From Bacteroidota bacterium (GTDB lineage Bacteria; Bacteroidota; Bacteroidia; Bacteroidales; ML635J-15), in NCBI GenBank assembly GCA_029564465.1, contig JAKQPY010000225.1, positions 28,936 through 92,935 on the forward strand: a stretch of 64,000 nt of DNA, given 5' to 3'. The notes below the pieces were generated by a model. It saw nothing but the letters and a program-made list of their open reading frames with translations, was not told the DNA's origin and searched no databases. Positions 57,662 to 64,000 of this stretch are shown piece by piece (the first letter of the stretch is position 1; each line of letters begins with the position of its first letter). The translations under genes were made by a program, and so were the position numbers.

Positions 57662-58318
57662 ATGAAAAAACTGATTATCTGCGGCGGATATGGCAATGGC
57701 ACCGTGGTTGCCTCAACAGTTACCGATATCAACAAAGTATCGGAGCAGTGGAAAATTATCGGTTTTCTTAACGATTTCGAAACCGAACCCATCAACGGGT
57801 TTCCGATACTGGGTAAAATAGACAAAGAAACCGCACACCGCTATTTAAGCGACCCCGATGTGTATTTCTACTATTCGCTTATCAGCACACGATTCAACCA
57901 CAAATACATACACAAACTTACCGACCTCGAAATTCCCGATCATCGTTTTGCCACACTCATTCATCCCACGGCAGTGGTTTCCGATTTTGCAAAAATTGGT
58001 TACGGTGTTTGCATACAACCCTTTGTGAGTGTTGGCCCCAATGTAGTTATTGGCAACCATATACACATATTTGCACAAGCACTTATAGGCCACAATGCCA
58101 TACTCGACAACTACTCGTATGTGGCCAACAATGCCTGCATAGGTGCCAGTGTACGACTTATGGAAGGAGCCTATGTGGGAACCAACGCCTCAACGCTCGA
58201 AAACATAAGCCTTGGCAAATGGTCGCTGGTGGGCATTGGCTCGGTGGTAATAAAAAGTGTTGACGACTACGTTAAAGTGGTAGGCAATCCATCAAGGGTA
58301 ATTGGCTCAACCCTATGA
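57662..58318 (+). CDS. NeuD/PglD-type hexapeptide-repeat N-acyltransferase occupying the PseH position
   Basis: MKKLIICGGYGNGTVVAS at the N-terminus, then LbH repeats (IGYGVCIQPFVSVGPNVVIGNHIHIFAQALIGHNAILDNYSYVANNACIGASV). It overlaps pseG by 4 nt. Confidence 0.75.
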   Translation: MKKLIICGGYGNGTVVASTVTDINKVSEQWKIIGFLNDFETEPINGFPILGKIDKETAHRYLSDPDVYFYYSLISTRFNHKYIHKLTDLEIPDHRFATLIHPTAVVSDFAKIGYGVCIQPFVSVGPNVVIGNHIHIFAQALIGHNAILDNYSYVANNACIGASVRLMEGAYVGTNASTLENISLGKWSLVGIGSVVIKSVDDYVKVVGNPSRVIGSTL

Positions 58319-59340
58319 CCCTGTTGTTCAGGATAGATGCCAACCGCGAGTTCGGTTTTGGGCATTTGGTACGCAGCATTTCGTTGGTAAACGAGTTGCG
58401 TAGTCGAAGTATGCCTATGTTGCTGCGAATTGTTTTTGCCGGCAATTACTCCGAGTCGGCCATGGAAATGATGCAGCGCGACAACATCGAATTTGTGAAT
58501 TACAACATTGATAACGAATACGCGTTTATTGCAAGTCAAATTGCCCTGCTGCAGCCCTCGCTGCTCTACATCGATAAAATATATCCCTATGGCAAAGAAT
58601 TTATTGAGCAGATTCAAAAACAACTGCCTGTGGTAATGATGCACAATTTGTGTGAAGCCTCGCCGTATTGCACATGTTTTATATTGCCGTCGGCACATAC
58701 CCCACACGAAAAACTCAGCGAATTTGGCCTTACACGGGCAAAACCAAACTGGTTTATTGGAGCCGAATATATTGTGTTGAACCGGCAGGTGGTGAATGCC
58801 GTGCCTACAGCGAAAAAAGGCGACATGCTTCAACTTGTTGTTACCACCGGTGGCAGCGACCCCGAAAAAGTATTACTCAGGCTATTGCAAATGCTCAGGC
58901 ACTTACCAATAGACAAGCTGCAAATACAGGCTTTATATGGCCCTTCAATAGGTTTTCTCGATGAACTTCAAAACTTGCAACTGCCTCATAACATTTGTAT
59001 TATGCCTTTTGCAGTTGAGTACCTGCAGCAGGCCGACATGGCAATTTGCACATTTGGCATTAGCACCTACGAACTGATGTATCTGGGCATTCCGGTAATT
59101 TCGGTGGCGCATGCCCAAAGCAATGCACTGGGCAGTAAAACCCTGGCCGAAAACCACCGAAGCATTATCGACCTGGGTATTATCGACAAGCTTGAAGCCG
59201 CAGAATTGCATGCCGCTATAGGCAAGCTGACAAGTCAACCCGAACTGCGTGCATCGATGTCGGCATTGGGGCGGCAACTCGTCGATGCGAAAGGCGTGTG
59301 CCGGGTAGGCAACATTATTTTAAAAACCCTCAAGCTATGA
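58315..59340 (+). CDS. pseG: UDP-2,4-diacetamido-2,4,6-trideoxy-beta-L-altropyranose hydrolase
   Basis: The N-terminus LLFRIDANREFGFGHLVRSISL is typical of PseG. The fold is GT-B / MurG-like (VVTTGGSDP). Confidence 0.8.
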   Translation: MTLLFRIDANREFGFGHLVRSISLVNELRSRSMPMLLRIVFAGNYSESAMEMMQRDNIEFVNYNIDNEYAFIASQIALLQPSLLYIDKIYPYGKEFIEQIQKQLPVVMMHNLCEASPYCTCFILPSAHTPHEKLSEFGLTRAKPNWFIGAEYIVLNRQVVNAVPTAKKGDMLQLVVTTGGSDPEKVLLRLLQMLRHLPIDKLQIQALYGPSIGFLDELQNLQLPHNICIMPFAVEYLQQADMAICTFGISTYELMYLGIPVISVAHAQSNALGSKTLAENHRSIIDLGIIDKLEAAELHAAIGKLTSQPELRASMSALGRQLVDAKGVCRVGNIILKTLKL

Positions 59341-60347
59341 CTAAGCAACACAAAACCTTGGTAATTGCCGAACTTTCGGCCAATCATAACAACAATTTCG
59401 ATTTGGCCGTAAAAACCATAGAGGCCATGGCAAAAGCCGGTGCCGATGCCGTAAAAATACAAACATTTAAACCCGAAAGTCTTACCCTCGATGTCGACAC
59501 AGGCTATTTTGCACCCCGCACCGAGGGATTGTGGAAAGGCTACACCCCCTGGAAACTGTTTACCGAAGCAGCCATGCCTTACGAATGGCAGCCGAAGCTG
59601 AAACGTGTTGCCGAAGATTTGGGGCTTGTGTTTTTTTCGTCGCCTTTCGACCACGAAGCTGTCGATTTTCTTGAGGCCATGCAGGTGCCCATGTATAAAA
59701 TAGCTTCGATGGAAATTACCGATATTCCTCTGATATCCTATACTGCCTCGAAGCAAAAACCCATGATTATTTCGACCGGTGTAGCCGATATCGAAGACAT
59801 AGAGTTGGTAATTGAAACATGCCACAAGGCGGGTAATCGCCAAATAACACTGCTAAAGTGCACATCGCAGTACCCGGCCCGCATCGAAGATGCCAACCTA
59901 GTCTGCATTCCCGATATGAAGCAGCGTTTTGGGGTGGCGGTAGGAGTGTCTGATCACAGCCCGGGTAGCTTGGTGCCTGTGGTGGCAGTGTCGCTGGGTG
60001 CTGTTGTGGTCGAAAAACATTTTATTCTTGACCGTAAGCTTGGCGGACCCGATTCGGCCTTTTCGATGGAGCCCGTTGAGTTTGCCGAAATGGTAAACGC
60101 AGTGCGACAGGCCGAAGCTGCCATGGGAACAGTAAGCTATGCCATTACCGACAACGACAGGGCACGCCGCCGTTCGCTGTTTGTGGTGCGCGATATTGCC
60201 GCCGGCGAACTGCTCAGCCCCGAAAACATACGTTCGATACGCCCGGGAGCAGGCCTGCATCCCAAATATTACGATGAGGTGATCGGAAAGAGGGCAAAAA
60301 AACCTTTACTCAAAGGCGATATTTTCGAATGGAATGATATTGTGTAA
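59337..60347 (+). CDS. pseI: Pseudaminic acid synthase (NeuB family)
   Basis: LVIAELSANHNN, KIASMEITD and a C-terminal SAF domain (IRSIRPGAGLHPKYYDEVIGK). The start overlaps the pseG stop (ATGA). Confidence 0.9.
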   Translation: MTKQHKTLVIAELSANHNNNFDLAVKTIEAMAKAGADAVKIQTFKPESLTLDVDTGYFAPRTEGLWKGYTPWKLFTEAAMPYEWQPKLKRVAEDLGLVFFSSPFDHEAVDFLEAMQVPMYKIASMEITDIPLISYTASKQKPMIISTGVADIEDIELVIETCHKAGNRQITLLKCTSQYPARIEDANLVCIPDMKQRFGVAVGVSDHSPGSLVPVVAVSLGAVVVEKHFILDRKLGGPDSAFSMEPVEFAEMVNAVRQAEAAMGTVSYAITDNDRARRRSLFVVRDIAAGELLSPENIRSIRPGAGLHPKYYDEVIGKRAKKPLLKGDIFEWNDIV

Positions 60348-60391
60348 GAACCAACGAACCAATTAGTGTGTTATGTTCTTAGCATAAACAC

Positions 60392-60399
60392 TATATTTG
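60392..60399 (+). promoter_or_regulatory. Candidate -7 box (TATATTTG) upstream of the MaoC-like gene
   Basis: 20 nt upstream of the ATG at 60419, in the 71-bp gap after pseI. Confidence 0.3.
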
Positions 60400-60418
60400 T
60401 AATGAAAAAAACTATCCT

Positions 60419-60892
60419 ATGAAAACCCATCAAGTTGTGAACAAGTACATCGGAAATTATTTCGACGATTTTGTTATCGGACAAATCATTTACCATGCTG
60501 CCTCTAAAACCATTTTCGAAAGCGACAACAATTTGTTTTCGCTGCTTACCATGAATCACCATCCGGTGCATACCAATATCGATTATGCTGCCGAAACGCA
60601 GCATGGCAAGGTGCTGGTGGTGGGGACGCTTGTTTTTAGCCTGGTGGTGGGTATTACGGTGCCCGATATCAGCGGCAAAGCCATTGCCAACCTGATGTAC
60701 GAAAACATCGACCATCTGGCTCCGGTTTTTTTGAACGATACCATTTATGCCCGCACCGAAATACTCGATGTGGTTCCATCGAAATCGAAAACCGACAGGG
60801 GAATTGTGTATGTTGAAACCACAGCTTATAATCAAGATAAGATTGATGTGTTGCGATTCAGGAGGAAAGTGTTGGTGATGAAAAAGTTGTAA
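60419..60892 (+). CDS. MaoC-like (R-specific enoyl-CoA hydratase / hot-dog fold) dehydratase
   Basis: 157 aa. The FSLLTMNHHPVHTNIDYA...GKVLVVGTLVFSLVVG pattern is typical of the MaoC dehydratase family. Confidence 0.8.
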   Translation: MKTHQVVNKYIGNYFDDFVIGQIIYHAASKTIFESDNNLFSLLTMNHHPVHTNIDYAAETQHGKVLVVGTLVFSLVVGITVPDISGKAIANLMYENIDHLAPVFLNDTIYARTEILDVVPSKSKTDRGIVYVETTAYNQDKIDVLRFRRKVLVMKKL

Positions 60893-60953
60893 GTTTTAGA
60901 ATTATTAATGGAATTATTAAAAGATATTATGAAACAACAATAACTTGATAACT

Positions 60954-61847
60954 ATGAAACACCTACTGAGAAGTTTAATGTTTGTGCCGGGACACAACGA
61001 ACGCTTACTGAACAGTGCAGCTCGCAGTCAGGCCGATGTGTTGCTGCTCGATATTGAGGATTCGGTGCAGCCGGTGGCAAATAAGGCCGTTGCCCGCGCT
61101 ATGGTAAAACAATGGGTAAGCGAGGGTCGCTTCAGCAATCATCTGGTTTTTCCGCGCATCAACGACCGCGAAAGCGGTCAATTGCTCAAAGATGTTGAAG
61201 CATTAAGCATTGATGGCGTCGATGGTTTTATGTATCCGAAAGCCAAAACAGGGCAGGATATTTACTTTTTCGACAAGTTGCTGGAAACCATTGAGTATGA
61301 AAAAGGACTGCCCGTAGGGAAATTTAAAATTATTCCCTTAATCGAAACAGCTTCAGCTGTGCTCAATGCACAGGATATCTGCAAGGCATCGAAACGGGTA
61401 ATTGCCATTGCTTTTGGTTGCGAAGATTTTATCTCCGATCTCGAAGGTATTCACGATGCGGCTCACGAAAGTCTCTTTGTTCCGCGCGCTATGATAGCCA
61501 TGGCCGCCAGGGCAACGGGTGTTGTTCCGGTTGACACGGTGCATATCAATGTTCACGATCTCGACGACCTGGAGGTGAACCTGAAAGTGGCCAAAAACAT
61601 GGGTTTCGAAGGCATGCTTATTTTAAATCCGAAAGAAATACCTTTGGCTCATCTCTATTTTTCGCCATCGGAACAAGAAATATCCGATGCTTCTGAAATG
61701 CTGCGCTTATCGGATGAGGCCGAAAAAGAAGGAAAAGGTGTGGCGCTGATGAATGGCAAGTTTATTGGACCGCCTATGGTAGTGGCTGCGAAAAAAACGC
61801 TGTCAAAAAACGAATTAATTCTCAGGAAAGTTAAGGGGCGTGTTTAA
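60954..61847 (+). CDS. HpcH/HpaI aldolase / citrate-lyase beta (CitE)-like acyl-CoA lyase
   Basis: LRSLMFVPGHNERLLNSAARSQADVLLLDIEDSV, IPLIETASAV and FGCEDFISDL. ATG at 60954 (TTG at 60945). Confidence 0.85.
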   Translation: MKHLLRSLMFVPGHNERLLNSAARSQADVLLLDIEDSVQPVANKAVARAMVKQWVSEGRFSNHLVFPRINDRESGQLLKDVEALSIDGVDGFMYPKAKTGQDIYFFDKLLETIEYEKGLPVGKFKIIPLIETASAVLNAQDICKASKRVIAIAFGCEDFISDLEGIHDAAHESLFVPRAMIAMAARATGVVPVDTVHINVHDLDDLEVNLKVAKNMGFEGMLILNPKEIPLAHLYFSPSEQEISDASEMLRLSDEAEKEGKGVALMNGKFIGPPMVVAAKKTLSKNELILRKVKGRV

Positions 61848-62117
61848 GTTGGAACTTCGTTGTTCAGGATTATTATTTATCTTAACAAGAGATGGGCTTT
61901 AAGGATATTGTTCCTCCTCTTGCATACGAGTTTTTTTTAAAAAAATGATTTGGCTGGGGTTGAAGAATAACGACTAGAAAGCTAGGTGTGATAATAATTT
62001 TATTATAATAAGCACGTTGTACTGAAGGAGTTTGATTTAAAAAAATATTTAGCTTTGTTAATTTTAGTAATATACTTGCTTTTTGAGAGCAAAACTAATA
62101 ATGAGAAAGGATGAAAC

Positions 62118-62528
62118 ATGAAAATACTTGACTGCACATTACGCGACGGAGGATATTACACTAAATGGGATTTTAAATCAGATGTTGTTGAAACCTATTT
62201 TAAGACTATGCGGGAACTACCTGTTGAATATCTAGAGGTAGGGTATCGCAGCACACCCCAAAAGGAATATTTCGGCAAATATTTTTATTTACCTGACTTT
62301 GTGTTAAAAGAGGTATTTAAGCTTGCCGGAGGTAAAAAATTAGCAATTATGCTAAACGAAAAAGATATACGCCCTGAGCATTTAAACGAAGTTTTAAATG
62401 GCTTAAGCCCCTATTCAATACGCCCTGGTTATGGCCTACACCCTAAATATTATAACGATATATTAGGTAAAACAGCAAATAAAAATATAAAAAAAGGAAC
62501 ACCGCTGGCGTGGGACTTAATAGATTAA
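62118..62528 (+). pseudogene. Chimeric remnant: N-terminus of an HMGL-like aldolase-domain protein fused to the C-terminal SAF tail of a NeuB-type synthase
   Basis: The N-terminus KILDCTLRDGGYYTKWDF...EYLEVGYRS is HMGL/DRE-TIM-like. The C-terminus IRPGYGLHPKYYNDILGKTANKNIKKGTPLAWDLID parallels the PseI tail IRPGAGLHPKYYDEVIGKRAKKPLLKGDIFEWNDIV. It is only 136 aa long. Confidence 0.6.
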
Positions 62529-62531
62529 GTG

Positions 62532-62636
62532 ATGATGGAGAAAATTAAAGTTATTTACAACACCTGCTACGCAGATCCTTGGTTTCAGGTGGCTCAAAAG
62601 CAGCATAAAGAAAAGGGTTTAGCATTGTTTTATTAA
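62532..62636 (+). other. 34-codon ORF, possibly another truncated gene fragment
   Basis: MMEKIKVIYNTCYADPWFQVAQKQHKEKGLALFY begins 4 nt after the preceding stop. No family was recognised. Confidence 0.2.
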
Positions 62637-62660
62637 TAAAAATATTAGAGTGAAGAGTTT

Positions 62661-63956
62661 ATGCTAAAGCTAAACATAAATAGCAGGGGTTTTTCAATTT
62701 TGGGGAAAATGACCGGAGGTTATTTTATTACCACGGTTATCAACAATGCGCTTCCATTTTTATTATTACCCGTTTTAACAAAATACTTAGTGCCGGCTGA
62801 TTATGCGAACATTGCCCTGTTTACAGCTTATGTTGCTATAGCCTGTAGTATAACAGGGGCGACAATAAATGCCTATGTGGCAAAGATTTTTTTTGAGAAA
62901 CCACCGGAATATGTTCGCGCTGTAATTGGCAATTCTATATTTGTACTAATTGTACTTACCTTTCTGTTTGGGGTAATATTAATTATTTCATATTATTTTT
63001 TTCCTGATTTTATTGGCTTGCCCCTGCCTTGGGTTTTAATGATTCCCTTAGGTTCGATTACGTATTTAATATTGCAAATATTATTAGGAGTATTGCGTAA
63101 CCAAAAAAAGGTGTTTGTCTTTAGTTACTACCAATTAGGTAATACGATATTGAACGTGGTTTTCACCGTATTATTTGTAGCTCTTTTCTTTTGGGGATGG
63201 AGAGGACGGATTTTAAGCATAGTTTTAGCAACAAGTATTTCTTCGCTTTTGTCGCTGTATTATCTTAAAAAAATCAAATTAATTAGTATTCATTTTAATA
63301 AAAATTTATTTAAAAGTATTTCTCAATTTGTTCTTACATTAATACCCAATTCGTTGCAATCGGTAATAGTTACAAGGGTGGGTGTTTTCTTTATGCAGTA
63401 TTATTTTACAAAAGAACTATTGGGAATTTATTCCGTGGGTTTTCAGGTGGCTTATGTGGTAATGATAATTTTGATTACACTAAACCTTTCGTGGTCACCC
63501 TTTTTGTATGAGCAATTGTCAAGAAAAGAAAAAATGAATAAAATATATGTTGTAAGAATGTTGTATGCACACCTTTTCATTGCCTTAATAGGAGCTATTG
63601 GTGTAAACCTTGCTTCCGGTTTTGTTATAAAACTTATGACTACCGAAGCTTATCAAAATTCAATAGAATTTATTCCATTTTTAACGGCTGGTATGTTTTT
63701 TAACGGAGCATCAATGTTATTGATGCCAATTTTAATTCAACAAAACAAACACAAATATATTTCAATTATTTCTATTATTAATTTAGGAGTAATGTTCCTG
63801 TTTTATAAATTTTCGATAAGCATTTTTGATTATATGGGAGTGGCATATGCTTATTTCTTAACCTATGTTTTTATGTTTGTTTTGATCTTCATAAAGATAG
63901 TAAATACAATAAAGCTACCTTGGCTAAAAGCGTTGATTTTTGTTACTAAAAAATAA
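62661..63956 (+). CDS. wzx: Second Wzx-type oligosaccharide flippase (MOP family)
   Basis: A 431-aa multi-TM protein with the typical polysaccharide-biosynthesis-protein layout, encoded by AT-rich sequence. Confidence 0.75.
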   Translation: MLKLNINSRGFSILGKMTGGYFITTVINNALPFLLLPVLTKYLVPADYANIALFTAYVAIACSITGATINAYVAKIFFEKPPEYVRAVIGNSIFVLIVLTFLFGVILIISYYFFPDFIGLPLPWVLMIPLGSITYLILQILLGVLRNQKKVFVFSYYQLGNTILNVVFTVLFVALFFWGWRGRILSIVLATSISSLLSLYYLKKIKLISIHFNKNLFKSISQFVLTLIPNSLQSVIVTRVGVFFMQYYFTKELLGIYSVGFQVAYVVMIILITLNLSWSPFLYEQLSRKEKMNKIYVVRMLYAHLFIALIGAIGVNLASGFVIKLMTTEAYQNSIEFIPFLTAGMFFNGASMLLMPILIQQNKHKYISIISIINLGVMFLFYKFSISIFDYMGVAYAYFLTYVFMFVLIFIKIVNTIKLPWLKALIFVTKK

Positions 63957-63960
63957 GAAA

Positions 63961-64000
63961 ATGTCAAACGATGATTTAGGTAAAATTCGAATAGAATTAA
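63961..64000 (+). CDS. Start of a further CDS, truncated by the window end
   Basis: ATG at 63961 (MSNDDLGKIRIEL...) lies 4 nt after the flippase stop. Too short to assign. Confidence 0.3.
   Translation, partial: MSNDDLGKIRIEL

Noticed and set aside
58267-60835. Antisense ORFs of 188, 202, 120 and 154 aa opposite pseG, pseI and the MaoC gene
   Set aside because: The sense-strand genes have clear family motifs and operon coupling. The antisense translations (H/R/C/F-rich) show no recognisable features and are typical shadow ORFs in the less AT-rich stretch.
1-64000. Search for tRNA, rRNA, tmRNA, transposase, integrase and toxin-antitoxin pairs
   Set aside because: The intergenic regions are short or AT-rich and show no cloverleaf-like GC-rich segments. 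No ORF shows DDE, tyrosine- or serine-recombinase motifs or TA-like small gene pairs.

Overview
This 64-kb window looks like a Bacteroidota-type chromosome fragment. Four proteins end in T9SS type-A C-terminal sorting domains, and TAnnTTTG -7-like boxes precede several genes. I recognised no rRNA, tRNA, CRISPR array, transposase or integrase. All calls come from reading the sequence and ORF translations by eye, with no database search.

Layout:
(1) 1-19.9 kb is ordinary chromosomal content: a T9SS-sorted M1 aminopeptidase, a SAM methyltransferase, a CaCA antiporter, a TonB-dependent receptor with its lipoprotein, isoaspartyl peptidase, ribD, a CPBP protease, a LolE-like permease, rbfA and a PIF1-HRDC-HTH helicase.
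(2) 19.9-31.6 kb holds three same-strand paralogous genes of 985-1182 aa. They encode tail-fibre-like secreted proteins with a shared N-terminal module, shuffled internal cassettes and unrelated C-terminal ends. A T9SS-sorted gene is interleaved, and no phage genes are present.
(3) 32.3-45.3 kb is a visibly AT-rich glycan island. It has a Wzx flippase, an aminotransferase, a NeuD-type acyltransferase, three GT4 genes, two deacetylase plus acyl/aminoacyl-transferase pairs, an LbH O-acetyltransferase, wecB and a decayed MBOAT remnant. I recognise no Wzy, chain-length regulator or initiating transferase.
(4) 45.4-52.9 kb is a single 2509-aa T9SS-sorted protein with a threefold LamG / Ig-like / PKD super-repeat.
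(5) 53.4-60.3 kb is a pseudaminic-acid operon (pseB, pseC, pseF, pseG, pseI). An LbH acyltransferase sits where a GNAT PseH is expected, and an AlbA_2/Schlafen-like ATPase-wHTH gene interrupts the operon.
(6) 60.4-64 kb holds a MaoC hydratase and CitE-like lyase pair, chimeric gene remnants and a second Wzx flippase that opens another AT-rich glycan locus.

The best candidate for something undescribed is the mosaic fibre-protein cluster at 19.9-31.6 kb. The next best are the deacetylase/re-acylation glycan island and the atypical pse operon.
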